64,000 nt of DNA from Escherichia coli (GTDB lineage Bacteria > Pseudomonadota > Gammaproteobacteria > Enterobacterales > Enterobacteriaceae). Below the pieces are notes generated by a model that saw only the letters and a program-made list of their open reading frames with translations, was not told where the DNA came from and did not search any database. Made by a program: the position numbers and the translations under genes. The stretch lies in assembly GCF_046105845.1 (NCBI RefSeq), contig NZ_CP151004.1; one strand, written 5' to 3'. Of this stretch, positions 9,909 to 21,290 are shown one piece after another. Position 1 is the first letter of the stretch, and the number at the start of each line of letters is the position of its first letter.

Positions 9909-11230
9909 TGCCTAAACTTGTCACTTGGATGAACAACCAGCGGGTAGGCGAGTTAACGAAGTTAGCCAATGGCGCGCACACCTTTAAGTATGCACCGGAG
10001 TGGTTAGCTAACCGTTATGCCAGACCGTTGTCACTTTCGCTGCCATTGCAGAGGGGGAATATCACCTCTGATGCCGTATTTAACTTCTTCGATAACCTGT
10101 TACCCGATAGCCCGATTGTACGTGACCGGATCGTTAAACGTTATCATGCCAAATCCAGACAACCGTTTGATTTATTGTCAGAAATAGGGCGAGACAGCGT
10201 TGGTGCCGTGACGTTAATACCCGAAGACGAAACCGTAACGCATCCGATAATGGCATGGGAAAAGCTTACTGAAGCCAGACTTGAAGAAGTATTAACGGCT
10301 TATAAAGCAGATATCCCTCTGGGCATGATTAGAGAAGAAAATGACTTTCGCATCTCGGTTGCTGGCGCGCAGGAGAAGACAGCGCTGCTCAGAATAGGCA
10401 ATGACTGGTGCATTCCGAAAGGAATAACGCCGACGACGCACATCATTAAATTACCGATTGGCGAAATCAGGCAGCCCAATGCGACGCTCGATCTCAGCCA
10501 AAGCGTTGATAATGAGTATTACTGTCTGCTGCTGGCGAAAGAACTTGGGTTGAATGTTCCGGACGCAGAAATCATTAAAGCGGGAAGGGTGCGCGCGTTA
10601 GCGGTCGAACGTTTTGACAGGCGTTGGAATGCTGAGCGAACGGTTTTACTTCGCTTGCCACAGGAGGATATGTGTCAGACATTCGGTTTACCTTTATCGG
10701 TGAAATATGAATCAGATGGAGGCCCAGGCATCGCGCGGATCATGGCTTTTTTGATGGGGTCCAGCGAGGCGCTGAAAGATCGCTATGATTTTATGAAGTT
10801 TCAGGTGTTCCAGTGGTTGATTGGCGCAACGGATGGCCATGCAAAAAACTTCTCCGTATTTATTCAGGCTGGCGGCAGTTATCGACTCACGCCATTTTAC
10901 GACATCATTTCAGCATTTCCGGTATTGGGTGGCGCAGGAATACACATCAGCGATCTCAAACTGGCAATGGGGCTTAACGCATCCAAAGGCAAAAAAACGG
11001 CAATCGATAAAATTTATCCGCGACATTTTCTGGCGACAGCAAAGGTGCTGAAATTTCCGGAAGTGCAGATGCATGAAATCCTGAGTGACTTTGCCAGAAT
11101 GATTCCGGCAGCACTGGATAACGTGAAGACTTCATTACCGACAGATTTTCCGGAGAACGTGGTGACGGCAGTTGAAACAAATGTGTTGAGGTTGCACCGT
11201 CGGTTAAGCCGAGAATACGGTATTAAGTAA
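9908..11230 (+). CDS. hipA: HipA serine/threonine kinase toxin
   Basis: 440-aa product MPKLVTWMNNQRVGELTKLANGAHTFKYAPEWL...; matches K-12 HipA. Residue 22 is Gly (not the hipA7 G22S allele). Confidence 0.95.
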   Translation: MPKLVTWMNNQRVGELTKLANGAHTFKYAPEWLANRYARPLSLSLPLQRGNITSDAVFNFFDNLLPDSPIVRDRIVKRYHAKSRQPFDLLSEIGRDSVGAVTLIPEDETVTHPIMAWEKLTEARLEEVLTAYKADIPLGMIREENDFRISVAGAQEKTALLRIGNDWCIPKGITPTTHIIKLPIGEIRQPNATLDLSQSVDNEYYCLLLAKELGLNVPDAEIIKAGRVRALAVERFDRRWNAERTVLLRLPQEDMCQTFGLPLSVKYESDGGPGIARIMAFLMGSSEALKDRYDFMKFQVFQWLIGATDGHAKNFSVFIQAGGSYRLTPFYDIISAFPVLGGAGIHISDLKLAMGLNASKGKKTAIDKIYPRHFLATAKVLKFPEVQMHEILSDFARMIPAALDNVKTSLPTDFPENVVTAVETNVLRLHRRLSREYGIK

Positions 11231-11510
11231 GATATGGGGTTTGGCTGTTGTTAATGAGCAGGACAATCATGACCGCCAACGACTGGATTCTCCCTTGGTT
11301 TATGTTGGTGCGCATAATGTATATTATGTTAAATTGAATTTGAGTGATACGAAGCGATTTTCCGGTCGTCGTTATTACTTCAGGGTTCCAGAACATAAAG
11401 CCTCTCCTCTTTCATAATTGGCCTGTGCATACCGGATATAGGCTGGCTGGTATGCAGGTTTGCCGTTTGCCGCATCTTCCCTGCGTTGAAGAGTCAGGCT
11501 GGCAAACCGC

Positions 11511-11765
11511 GTGCAAATGAACACCCCCTCTTTCCATCAACACTTCAGACAGCTTGCGGGAATGAGTCCACTCCGGTATCAGAAATGGCTACGCCTCAAT
11601 GAAGCCAGGCGACTGATGCTGAATGAACATTACGATGTCACCACTGCAGCCTATGCTGTCGGTTACGAAAGCTTATCCCATTTCAGTCGGGAATATTCGC
11701 GGATGTTTGGAGAGTCACCTAAGAGAGATATTACCGGGTTAAGAAAGTCTGTCGGTCAGCTTTAA
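11511..11765 (+). pseudogene. yneL: AraC-family regulator C-terminal HTH fragment (remnant)
   Basis: 84-aa ORF containing only an AraC-type HTH tail (…LRYQKWLRLNEARRLMLNEHYDVTTAAYAVGYESLSHFSREYSRMFGESP…); no N-terminal domain; position matches K-12 yneL pseudogene. Confidence 0.7.
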
Positions 11766-12199
11766 TAAACCCTGCACTTATCTGTTTAGAGCAATTCCGT
11801 GTTAGTTACACCAGTCAAACATTAACCATAGCTAATGTTTTATAGCCATATAAACCATTGGCCGCTCTTGACCTTTCCTGACACTTCCCTTGTTCGCAAT
11901 AATATTCTGTTTAGTCGCTGTTTATAAATAACATGCATAATGAAATCGTAATGTTATTTAGCGACATAAAATGTCTTTGCAAATACTCTCTACAACAAGT
12001 GCTGCAATAAACTTGTTGTGATTAGGTGTCCTTGTAATTTAAAGATATTATCGTTCTTCGTGAAATGTAATAACCCTGGAAACTATATTCTCAGGGCAAT
12101 ATCCCATCAAGAATGATTCTTGTTTTATAAGCAATAACAGAATTACTTAATTGTTAACTTTCTTTATTCAGCTACTTAAATATAAATTTTGGAGAATTA

Positions 12200-12762
12200 T
12201 GAAACTCAAACATGTCGGTATGATTGTCGTTTCTGTGTTGGCGATGTCGTCTGCTGCGGTAAGCGCAGCCGAGGGTGATGAATCAGTAACGACCACTGTT
12301 AATGGCGGTGTTATTCATTTTAAAGGTGAAGTGGTAAATGCCGCTTGTGCGATTGATTCAGAATCAATGAACCAAACGGTTGAGCTGGGTCAGGTCCGTT
12401 CTTCTCGTCTGGCTAAAGCGGGTGACCTCAGCTCCGCCGTTGGCTTCAATATCAAGCTGAATGATTGTGATACCAATGTTTCCAGTAATGCAGCTGTTGC
12501 ATTCCTGGGTACTACTGTCACCAGTAATGACGATACCTTAGCGCTGCAGAGTTCAGCGGCAGGCTCTGCCCAAAATGTCGGTATTCAAATTTTGGACCGT
12601 ACGGGGGAGGTATTAATACTTGATGGTGCCACTTTTAGCGCTAAAACCGACTTGATTGATGGCACGAATATACTGCCATTCCAGGCTCGTTATATTGCTC
12701 TCGGGCAGTCAGTAGCTGGTACTGCAAACGCTGATGCGACCTTCAAAGTTCAATATCTATAA
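12200..12762 (+). CDS. Fimbrial major subunit (type 1/F9-like pilin)
   Basis: Start at [23 protein letters not shown] (signal peptide); Cys pair and C-terminal ...TFKVQYL beta-strand typical of chaperone-usher pilins; first gene of a six-gene cluster. Confidence 0.85.
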
Positions 12763-12803
12763 TTCAATCTTAAGGTGGCTATACGTCATCTGAAATTGAA
12801 ACA

Positions 12804-12832
12804 GGGTGTGTGTGGCATGGCTACGCACACCC
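12804..12832 (+). other. 12-bp stem-loop in the pilin-chaperone intergenic region (possible intra-operon attenuator / mRNA stabiliser)
   Basis: GGGTGTGTGTGG-CATGG-CTACGCACACCC read directly; no U tract follows. Confidence 0.35.
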
Positions 12833-13122
12833 GAGCAATTCACCAATGTGAATCTCATTATTAATGAGGAGTGGTTTGTATTTGGAGCACTATGAAAAAT
12901 CACATAATATCTAAACGTTCAATAAACAACAGTAGTTAAACTTACTGTTATTTAAAATATTTACTTTGTAGCAAGGTTTTCCTGTTAAAAGAGAACCAAC
13001 ATTTATTACAAACGCATTAAGTCTGGAAACCCAGCGAGTCGCCGATGTATTAGCAACATTTACCGATTGTCTGATGTAACGGTTTCCCCGCTTATCCTCT
13101 TAACACATGGAGAATGCATCAG

Positions 13123-13833
13123 ATGCAAACTACGCGTACCCCCTACTCTGTTTCCTTTATGGCGACAGTGTTACTTTTATTGGTCTTTGCTTGCCATAGC
13201 ACCATTGCCAACGCAGCTGTCGCACTGGGTGCGACGCGGGTAATTTATCCGGCAAACCAGAAACAGGTTTTATTGCCTGTCACGAATAATGATCCTGCCA
13301 GTGTCTATCTCATTCAGTCATGGATAGAAAATGCAGGTGACCAAAAAGACACCCAGTTTGTCATTACCCCACCGCTTTTTTCCATGCAAGGTAAAAAAGA
13401 GAATACGCTGCGGATAATCAACGCCACTAATCATCAGTTACCAGGCGACCGTGAAAGCCTGTTCTGGGTGAATGTTAAAGCTATTCCTGCTATGGAAAAA
13501 GACCAGAAGAATGAGAATACATTACAGCTGGCAATTATTAGCCGCATAAAAATGTTTTATCGCCCCACGAACCTGGCAATGGCACCTGAAGAAGCGCCTG
13601 CAATGCTTCGGTTTCGTCGCAGCGGTAGCAAACTCACTCTTATTAATCCAACGCCCTACTTCATTACCGTAACAAATATGAAAGCAGGAAATAGCAATCT
13701 CCCAAACACCATGGTGCCGCCAAAAGGTGAAGTATCGGTGGATATCCCGCATGCTGCAACCGGGGATATCAGTTTTCAGACGATCAATGATTACGGTGCA
13801 TTAACTCCGCGTATTAAGGCAACCATGCAGTAA
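13123..13833 (+). CDS. Periplasmic fimbrial chaperone (PapD/FimC family)
   Basis: Signal peptide then ...RVIYPANQKQVLLPVTNNDPASVYLIQSWIE...; typical chaperone N-terminal motif. Start could be 13114 or 13123. Confidence 0.85.
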   Translation: MQTTRTPYSVSFMATVLLLLVFACHSTIANAAVALGATRVIYPANQKQVLLPVTNNDPASVYLIQSWIENAGDQKDTQFVITPPLFSMQGKKENTLRIINATNHQLPGDRESLFWVNVKAIPAMEKDQKNENTLQLAIISRIKMFYRPTNLAMAPEEAPAMLRFRRSGSKLTLINPTPYFITVTNMKAGNSNLPNTMVPPKGEVSVDIPHAATGDISFQTINDYGALTPRIKATMQ

Positions 13834-13874
13834 GCCAGTGACCTAATTAATAATAAACTCAATCGGAATTAAAA

Positions 13875-16526
13875 ATGACAGCCTTTCGTGCCGCATTTAA
13901 GGCATATCGTATGCATCAGGTGTTACTACTGCCTCGCTTTGCACGGCTTACCATTGCCCTTGGCTTAGCAACTGCGGTATTTCCCGTTGACGCAGAGTAT
14001 TATTTTAATCCACGGTTTTTAAGCAATGATCTTGCTGAATCTGTCGATTTATCCGCCTTTACTAAGGGACGCGAGGCACCACCTGGTACATATCGGGTCG
14101 ACATTTATTTGAACGACGAATTTATGACTAGTCGGGATATTACTTTTATTGCAGATGATAATAACGCAGATCTCATCCCATGCCTGAGTACAGATCTTCT
14201 TGTCAGTCTTGGCATAAAAAAATCAGCGTTATTAGACAATAAAGAACATTCGGCAGAAAAACATGTGCCGGACAACAGCACATGCACACCACTTCAGGAT
14301 CGTTTGGCTGACGCATCATCTGAGTTTGATGTTGGTCAGCAACATCTGTCACTCTCCGTTCCGCAAATTTATGTTGGCAGAATGGCTCGCGGCTATGTTT
14401 CTCCGGATCTGTGGGAAGAAGGAATAAATGCTGGGCTACTAAACTATAGTTTTAATGGTAATTCTATTAATAATCATAGTAACCATAATGCAGGAAAATC
14501 CAACTATGCATATTTGAATTTACAGAGTGGCATCAACATTGGTAGTTGGCGACTGCGTGATAACTCAACGTGGAGTTATAACAGTGGGAGTAGCAATTCA
14601 TCTGACAGCAATAAATGGCAGCATATCAATACGTCGGCTGAACGTGACATTATTCCCTTACGCTCACGGTTAACGGTGGGTGATAGTTATACCGATGGCG
14701 ATATTTTTGATAGTGTGAACTTTCGTGGCCTCAAAATAAATTCAACAGAAGCGATGTTGCCCGATAGCCAACATGGTTTCGCTCCGGTGATTCATGGTAT
14801 TGCCCGTGGCACAGCACAAGTGAGTGTAAAACAGAATGGATACGATGTTTATCAGACTACTGTTCCACCCGGCCCTTTTACTATTGATGATATCAACTCT
14901 GCGGCCAATGGTGGTGATCTGCAAGTAACCATAAAAGAGGCAGACGGCAGTATTCAGACATTATATGTTCCTTATTCGTCTGTTCCGGTTCTCCAACGTG
15001 CTGGATATACGCGTTATGCGCTTGCCATGGGGGAATATCGTAGTGGAAATAACCTGCAAAGCTCCCCCAAGTTCATACAAGGTAGCTTGATGCATGGACT
15101 GGAAGGAAACTGGACACCTTATGGCGGAATGCAAATTGCAGAAGATTATCAGGCCTTCAACCTTGGTATTGGTAAAGATTTAGGACTTTTTGGTGCCTTT
15201 TCTTTCGATATCACGCAGGCCAATACGACACTTGCAGATGGCACCCGTCACAGCGGGCAATCGATTAAATCCGTCTACAGCAAATCCTTCTACCAGACGG
15301 GAACCAATATCCAGGTCGCAGGATATCGCTATTCTACGCAAGGTTTTTATAACTTATCCGACAGTGCCTACAGTCGAATGAGTGGTTACACCGTCAAGCC
15401 TCCTACCGGAGACAGCAATGAGCAGACACAATTTATTGATTATTTTAATCTGTTCTACAGTAAGCGTGGTCAGGAACAAATAAGCATCTCTCAGCAGCTT
15501 GGAAATTACGGTACGACATTTTTCAGTGCCAGTCGCCAAAGTTACTGGAACACGTCACGCAGCGACCAGCAAATATCATTTGGATTAAATGTGCCGTTTG
15601 GCGATATTACAACTTCGCTGAATTACAGCTATTCCAATAATATATGGCAAAACGATCGGGATCATTTACTTGCTTTTACGCTTAATGTTCCCTTCAGTCA
15701 TTGGATGCGTACAGACAGTCAGTCGGCATTTCGTAATTCAAACGCCAGTTACAGTATGTCAAACGATTTGAAAGGCGGCATGACCAATCTATCAGGGGTT
15801 TATGGCACTCTGCTGCCGGATAATAACCTGAATTATAGCGTTCAGGTAGGTAACACCCACGGAGGTAATACATCGTCTGCCACCAGTGGTTACAGTTCTC
15901 TTAATTATCGTGGAGCTTACGGTAATACTAATGTCGGTTACAGTCGGAGTGGGGACAGCAGCCAGATTTATTACGGAATGAGTGGTGGGATTATTGCTCA
16001 TGCTGATGGCATCACCTTTGGTCAGCCGCTGGGCGACACAATGGTTCTGGTTAAGGCTCCTGGCGCTGATAATGTCAAAATAGAGAACCAGACCGGAATT
16101 CATACCGACTGGCGTGGCTATGCCATATTACCATTTGCGACAGAATATAGAGAAAATCGTGTCGCTCTTAACGCGAATTCCCTTGCAGATAATGTTGAAC
16201 TGGATGAAACCGTGGTCACTGTCATCCCAACTCACGGTGCTATTGCCAGAGCAACATTTAATGCACAAATCGGCGGGAAAGTATTAATGACGTTGAAGTA
16301 CGGTAATAAGAGCGTTCCATTCGGTGCAATTGTCACTCACGGAGAGAATAAAAATGGCAGCATTGTCGCGGAAAACGGTCAGGTTTATCTGACTGGACTT
16401 CCACGGTCAGGGAAATTACAGGTTTCATGGGGCAATGATAAAAACTCAAACTGTATAGTCGATTACAAGCTTCCTGAAGTCACTCCTGGAACCTTACTGA
16501 ACCAGCAGACAGCAATCTGTCGCTAA
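13875..16526 (+). CDS. ydeT: Fimbrial outer-membrane usher (full length, 883 aa)
   Basis: Length and sequence features of PapC/FimD ushers (…YFNPRFL…, C-terminal Cys pair …NSNCIVDYKLPEV…TAICR). Position corresponds to ydeT, which I recall as truncated in K-12. Confidence 0.85.
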   Translation: MTAFRAAFKAYRMHQVLLLPRFARLTIALGLATAVFPVDAEYYFNPRFLSNDLAESVDLSAFTKGREAPPGTYRVDIYLNDEFMTSRDITFIADDNNADLIPCLSTDLLVSLGIKKSALLDNKEHSAEKHVPDNSTCTPLQDRLADASSEFDVGQQHLSLSVPQIYVGRMARGYVSPDLWEEGINAGLLNYSFNGNSINNHSNHNAGKSNYAYLNLQSGINIGSWRLRDNSTWSYNSGSSNSSDSNKWQHINTSAERDIIPLRSRLTVGDSYTDGDIFDSVNFRGLKINSTEAMLPDSQHGFAPVIHGIARGTAQVSVKQNGYDVYQTTVPPGPFTIDDINSAANGGDLQVTIKEADGSIQTLYVPYSSVPVLQRAGYTRYALAMGEYRSGNNLQSSPKFIQGSLMHGLEGNWTPYGGMQIAEDYQAFNLGIGKDLGLFGAFSFDITQANTTLADGTRHSGQSIKSVYSKSFYQTGTNIQVAGYRYSTQGFYNLSDSAYSRMSGYTVKPPTGDSNEQTQFIDYFNLFYSKRGQEQISISQQLGNYGTTFFSASRQSYWNTSRSDQQISFGLNVPFGDITTSLNYSYSNNIWQNDRDHLLAFTLNVPFSHWMRTDSQSAFRNSNASYSMSNDLKGGMTNLSGVYGTLLPDNNLNYSVQVGNTHGGNTSSATSGYSSLNYRGAYGNTNVGYSRSGDSSQIYYGMSGGIIAHADGITFGQPLGDTMVLVKAPGADNVKIENQTGIHTDWRGYAILPFATEYRENRVALNANSLADNVELDETVVTVIPTHGAIARATFNAQIGGKVLMTLKYGNKSVPFGAIVTHGENKNGSIVAENGQVYLTGLPRSGKLQVSWGNDKNSNCIVDYKLPEVTPGTLLNQQTAICR

Positions 16527-16539
16527 GGAACAATAGATT

Positions 16540-17070
16540 ATGAAATACAATAACGTTATTTTCCTCGGTTTATGTCTGGGGTTAACCACCTATTCTGCTT
16601 TATCCGCAGATAGCGTTATTAAAATTAGCGGGCGCGTCCTCGATTATGGCTGCACAGTCTCATCGGATTCGCTTAATTTTACCGTAGATCTCCAAAAAAA
16701 CAGTGCCAGACAATTTCCAACGACCGGTAGCACAAGTCCAGCCGTCCCTTTTCAGATTACGTTAAGTGAATGCAGCAAAGGGACAACGGGGGTTCGAGTT
16801 GCATTTAACGGGATTGAGGATGCAGAAAATAATACTCTGTTGAAACTGGATGAAGGAAGCAATACAGCCTCCGGTTTGGGTATAGAAATACTGGACGGAA
16901 ATATGCGTCCGGTGAAATTGAATGACCTTCATGCCGGGATGCAGTGGATCCCACTGGTACCAGAACAGAACAATATTTTGCCTTACTCCGCTCGTCTGAA
17001 GTCAACTCAGAAGTCCGTCAATCCGGGACTGGTGAGGGCTTCGGCAACCTTTACCCTTGAATTTCAATAA
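16540..17070 (+). CDS. ydeS: Fimbrial minor subunit
   Basis: 176-aa pilin-like protein with signal peptide and Cys pair; gene order matches K-12 ydeS. Confidence 0.8.
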   Translation: MKYNNVIFLGLCLGLTTYSALSADSVIKISGRVLDYGCTVSSDSLNFTVDLQKNSARQFPTTGSTSPAVPFQITLSECSKGTTGVRVAFNGIEDAENNTLLKLDEGSNTASGLGIEILDGNMRPVKLNDLHAGMQWIPLVPEQNNILPYSARLKSTQKSVNPGLVRASATFTLEFQ

Positions 17071-17082
17071 TCAGAGTCAGAT

Positions 17083-17586
17083 ATGAAAAGACTTCACAAG
17101 AGGTTCCTGTTAGCTACGTTTTGCGCGTTATTCACAGCAACTCTCCAGGCCGCCGATGTCACTATCACTGTTAATGGTCGGGTAGTCGCTAAACCCTGCA
17201 CTATTCAAACCAAAGAAGCTAACGTTAATCTCGGGGATCTTTATACACGCAATCTGCAACAACCTGGCTCTGCATCTGGCTGGCACAATATTACTTTGTC
17301 ATTAACCGATTGTCCGGTTGAAACAAGTGCAGTGACGGCAATCGTGACAGGTTCAACTGACAATACGGGTTATTACAAAAATGAAGGTAGTGCCGAAAAT
17401 ATTCAGATAGAGCTGAGGGACGACCAGGATGCTGCGTTAAAAAATGGCGATAGCAAAACGGTTATTGTTGATGAGATCACTCGTAATGCACAGTTTCCAC
17501 TTAAGGCAAGAGCTATCACGGTGAATGGAAACGCAAGCCAGGGAACGATCGAGGCTCTAATCAATGTGATCTACACCTGGCAATAA
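17083..17586 (+). CDS. ydeR: Fimbrial minor subunit
   Basis: 167-aa pilin-like protein with signal peptide; gene order matches K-12 ydeR. Confidence 0.8.
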   Translation: MKRLHKRFLLATFCALFTATLQAADVTITVNGRVVAKPCTIQTKEANVNLGDLYTRNLQQPGSASGWHNITLSLTDCPVETSAVTAIVTGSTDNTGYYKNEGSAENIQIELRDDQDAALKNGDSKTVIVDEITRNAQFPLKARAITVNGNASQGTIEALINVIYTWQ

Positions 17587-17645
17587 CGTCGATTCGATTT
17601 TCTTAGCCTCCTTTTTAAATCAATTTTTTAACCTTAGGATATATC

Positions 17646-18560
17646 ATGGGTAAAACAATAAGTATGAAGCTTCTGTTCGGTATTTATCTTCTATTAATGG
17701 CAGGCAAAGTTTTTGCCTTCAGTTGTAATGTCGATGGCGGGTCAAGTATTGGAGCAGGTACAACCTCTGTTTATGTTAATCTCGACCCTGTAATACAACC
17801 GGGCCAGAATCTGGTTGTAGACTTGTCTCAGCACATAAGTTGCTGGAATGATTACGGCGGCTGGTACGACACTGATCATATAAACCTGGTACAAGGCTCA
17901 GCTTTCGCAGGCTCTCTACAGTCATATAAAGGATCGCTGTACTGGAATAATGTGACCTACCCCTTCCCGTTGACGACAAATACTAATGTATTAGATATTG
18001 GTGATAAGACACCGATGCCATTACCGTTAAAACTCTATATTACCCCAGTCGGTGCGGCCGGTGGAGTTGTCATAAAAGCCGGGGAAGTTATTGCCCGTAT
18101 TCATATGTATAAAATTGCCACGTTAGGAAGCGGAAATCCGCGTAATTTTACGTGGAATATTATTTCAAATAACAGTGTTGTTATGCCAACAGGCGGCTGC
18201 ACCGTTGATAGTCGTAATGTCAACGTGAATCTCCCGGACTTTCCTGGAAGCGCAGAAATACCCCTTGGCGTATATTGCTCAAGTGAACAAAAGCTCTCAT
18301 TTTATCTTTCGGGTGCTACCACTGACAGTGCCAGACAAGTGTTTGCTAACACAGCACCAGATGCAACAAAAGCATCGGGAGTGGGTGTCTCTCTGATGCG
18401 TAATGGAAAAATACTGGCTACGGGAGAAAACGTCTCCCTGGGGACAGTAAATAAAAGCAAAGTACCTCTGGGTTTAAGCGCAACCTATGGACAAACAGGA
18501 AACAAGGTTGCAGCCGGAACCGTCCAGTCAGTCATTGGTGTCACTTTTATCTATGAATAA
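17646..18560 (+). CDS. ydeQ: Fimbrial tip adhesin (FimH-like two-domain adhesin)
   Basis: 304-aa, signal peptide, N-terminal lectin-like domain + C-terminal pilin domain; last gene of fimbrial operon. Confidence 0.8.
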   Translation: MGKTISMKLLFGIYLLLMAGKVFAFSCNVDGGSSIGAGTTSVYVNLDPVIQPGQNLVVDLSQHISCWNDYGGWYDTDHINLVQGSAFAGSLQSYKGSLYWNNVTYPFPLTTNTNVLDIGDKTPMPLPLKLYITPVGAAGGVVIKAGEVIARIHMYKIATLGSGNPRNFTWNIISNNSVVMPTGGCTVDSRNVNVNLPDFPGSAEIPLGVYCSSEQKLSFYLSGATTDSARQVFANTAPDATKASGVGVSLMRNGKILATGENVSLGTVNKSKVPLGLSATYGQTGNKVAAGTVQSVIGVTFIYE

Positions 18561-18632
18561 TTGTGATTTTGACATTGGTCTATGCGCTCCATTCACGAAA
18601 ATTGCGCGGATATTTATTTTGTGAAGGCTATT

Positions 18633-18650
18633 ATCCTACATCTGTAAGAA
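18633..18650. promoter_or_regulatory. EvgA box (ATCCTACA-TC-TGTAAGAA) upstream of ydeP
   Basis: Matches the 18-bp EvgA inverted-repeat consensus TTCYTACA-N2-TGTARGAA; ydeP is a known direct EvgA target. Confidence 0.7.
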
Positions 18651-18892
18651 AATCCGCGCACAATTGAAGCCAGAGTCTTATTTTTTATATTGAAAAATAT
18701 GTTAATTTAAACACTATGAGAGATGATGCTTAATTTATCGTATTTAATCTTTTGTTTAACGATAATAGATTAAAATAGAAAGAGAGTAGTCCCCTACTCT
18801 TATATATCCATGTTGACGATAATCCCTTTGTATATACTGTGCATCATCGCTATTACAAATCCTAATAATTCATTTCCACACAGGATAAGCAG

Positions 18893-21172
18893 ATGAAGAA
18901 AAAAATTGAATCCTACCAGGGAGCTGCCGGTGGTTGGGGTGCTGTTAAATCCGTAGCGAATGCAGTACGTAAGCAGATGGATATACGCCAGGATGTTATT
19001 GCCATGTTTGACATGAATAAGCCAGAGGGCTTTGACTGTCCGGGTTGTGCATGGCCAGATCCTAAGCACAGTGCGTCATTCGACATTTGTGAAAACGGCG
19101 CAAAAGCAATCGCCTGGGAAGTCACGGATAAGCAGGTAAACGCCTCTTTCTTTGCTGAGAATACGGTTCAATCATTACTTACCTGGGGAGACCACGAGCT
19201 CGAGGCTGCGGGGCGTCTCACCCAGCCTTTGAAATATGATGCCGTCAGCGACTGTTACAAGCCATTAAGCTGGCAACAAGCTTTCGACGAAATTGGCGAA
19301 CGCCTTCAAAGCTATAGTGATCCCAATCAGGTTGAATTCTATACTTCGGGCCGCACTTCCAATGAAGCTGCCTTTCTTTATCAGCTTTTTGCCCGTGAAT
19401 ACGGGAGCAATAACTTCCCCGACTGCTCCAACATGTGCCATGAACCGACCAGTGTGGGTTTGGCAGCGAGTATCGGTGTAGGTAAAGGGACCGTGTTGCT
19501 GGAAGACTTTGAGAAATGCGATTTAGTCATTTGCATTGGGCATAACCCTGGTACAAACCACCCTCGCATGTTGACTTCGTTGCGCGCTTTAGTGAAACGG
19601 GGAGCGAAAATGATCGCCATCAATCCTCTACAGGAACGTGGCCTGGAGCGATTTACCGCACCGCAAAACCCGTTTGAAATGCTGACGAACTCTGAGACTC
19701 AGTTGGCCAGTGCCTACTATAACGTGCGCATTGGTGGTGATATGGCGTTGCTCAAGGGGATGATGCGCCTGTTAATTGAGCGCGATGATGCTGCAAGCGC
19801 CGCAGGTCGGCCCTCATTGCTGGATGACGAATTTATTCAAACGCATACCGTCGGCTTTGACGAGCTACGCCGTGACGTGCTCAATTCCGAGTGGAAAGAT
19901 ATCGAACGTATTTCTGGATTAAGTCAGACTCAAATCGCCGAACTGGCTGATGCATATGCCGCTGCCGAACGCACCATTATCTGTTACGGAATGGGGATCA
20001 CTCAGCACGAACATGGTACCCAGAATGTACAGCAACTGGTCAATCTGCTGTTGATGAAAGGTAACATTGGCAAGCCTGGTGCGGGTATCTGCCCACTACG
20101 AGGTCACTCTAATGTACAGGGCGACCGAACCGTCGGTATCACCGAGAAACCGTCTGCAGAGTTTCTGGCTCGCCTGGGTGAGCGCTATGGTTTCACCCCA
20201 CCTCATGCACCTGGACATGCTGCAATTGCCAGCATGCAAGCAATATGTACGGGGCAGGCTCGAGCATTGATCTGCATGGGGGGCAACTTTGCACTGGCAA
20301 TGCCAGATCGGGAAGCGAGCGCTGTACCGTTAACGCAATTAGATTTGGCGGTACACGTAGCCACTAAGCTTAACCGCTCTCATCTGCTGACCGCACGGCA
20401 TAGCTATATTCTGCCGGTTCTTGGGCGTAGCGAGATTGACATGCAAAAAAGCGGTGCGCAGGCGGTAACCGTTGAGGATTCAATGTCGATGATTCATGCC
20501 TCGCGTGGCGTGTTAAAACCCGCCGGTGTAATGCTGAAATCAGAGTGTGCAGTGGTCGCGGGAATCGCGCAGGCAGCACTACCCCAGAGCGTGGTAGCCT
20601 GGGAGTATCTGGTGGAAGATTATGATCGCATTCGCAATGACATTGAAGCTGTGCTGCCAGAGTTCGCCGACTATAACCAGCGCATCCGTCATCCCGGTGG
20701 TTTTCACCTGATAAATGCAGCTGCTGAAAGGCGCTGGATGACGCCGTCAGGTAAGGCTAATTTCATTACCAGTAAAGGGCTGTTAGAAGATCCCTCTTCA
20801 GCGTTTAACAGTAAGCTAGTCATGGCGACAGTACGCAGTCACGATCAGTACAACACGACGATTTATGGTATGGATGATCGCTATCGAGGGGTATTCGGTC
20901 AACGAGATGTGGTCTTTATGAGTGCTAAACAAGCTAAAATTTGCCGTGTAAAAAACGGCGAAAGAGTTAATCTTATTGCGCTTACGCCAGACGGTAAGCG
21001 AAGCTCACGCCGCATGGATAGATTAAAAGTGGTCATTTACCCTATGGCTGACCGCTCACTGGTGACCTATTTTCCAGAATCGAATCACATGCTAACACTT
21101 GATAACCACGATCCATTGAGTGGCATTCCTGGCTATAAAAGTATTCCGGTTGAATTAGAACCATCAAATTAA
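18893..21172 (+). CDS. ydeP: Acid-resistance molybdopterin oxidoreductase YdeP (formate-dehydrogenase-like)
   Basis: 759-aa [31 protein letters not shown]...; matches K-12 YdeP. Confidence 0.95.
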   Translation: MKKKIESYQGAAGGWGAVKSVANAVRKQMDIRQDVIAMFDMNKPEGFDCPGCAWPDPKHSASFDICENGAKAIAWEVTDKQVNASFFAENTVQSLLTWGDHELEAAGRLTQPLKYDAVSDCYKPLSWQQAFDEIGERLQSYSDPNQVEFYTSGRTSNEAAFLYQLFAREYGSNNFPDCSNMCHEPTSVGLAASIGVGKGTVLLEDFEKCDLVICIGHNPGTNHPRMLTSLRALVKRGAKMIAINPLQERGLERFTAPQNPFEMLTNSETQLASAYYNVRIGGDMALLKGMMRLLIERDDAASAAGRPSLLDDEFIQTHTVGFDELRRDVLNSEWKDIERISGLSQTQIAELADAYAAAERTIICYGMGITQHEHGTQNVQQLVNLLLMKGNIGKPGAGICPLRGHSNVQGDRTVGITEKPSAEFLARLGERYGFTPPHAPGHAAIASMQAICTGQARALICMGGNFALAMPDREASAVPLTQLDLAVHVATKLNRSHLLTARHSYILPVLGRSEIDMQKSGAQAVTVEDSMSMIHASRGVLKPAGVMLKSECAVVAGIAQAALPQSVVAWEYLVEDYDRIRNDIEAVLPEFADYNQRIRHPGGFHLINAAAERRWMTPSGKANFITSKGLLEDPSSAFNSKLVMATVRSHDQYNTTIYGMDDRYRGVFGQRDVVFMSAKQAKICRVKNGERVNLIALTPDGKRSSRRMDRLKVVIYPMADRSLVTYFPESNHMLTLDNHDPLSGIPGYKSIPVELEPSN

Positions 21173-21185
21173 TTCGCCTCCTCAT

Positions 21186-21216
21186 TTCTTCTGCTGTCAT
21201 CCGCACAGCAGAAGAA
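21186..21216 (+). terminator. Terminator-like hairpin after ydeP
   Basis: 12-bp stem TTCTTCTGCTGT / ACAGCAGAAGAA with 7-nt loop; weak U tract. Confidence 0.5.
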
Positions 21217-21290
21217 TTCCTCATTGACCATTGTCGCGCAATTTACTCACATGTGCTAAATTAAACTGCTCGTTATAAGATATATACCTC

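Noticed and set aside
18601-18670. Imperfect inverted repeat AATTGCGCGGAT … ATCCGCGCACAATT upstream of ydeP
   Set aside because: Arms are not perfectly complementary (extra TG in one arm) and they overlap the EvgA box region; more simply explained as part of the EvgA-dependent promoter than as a separate element.
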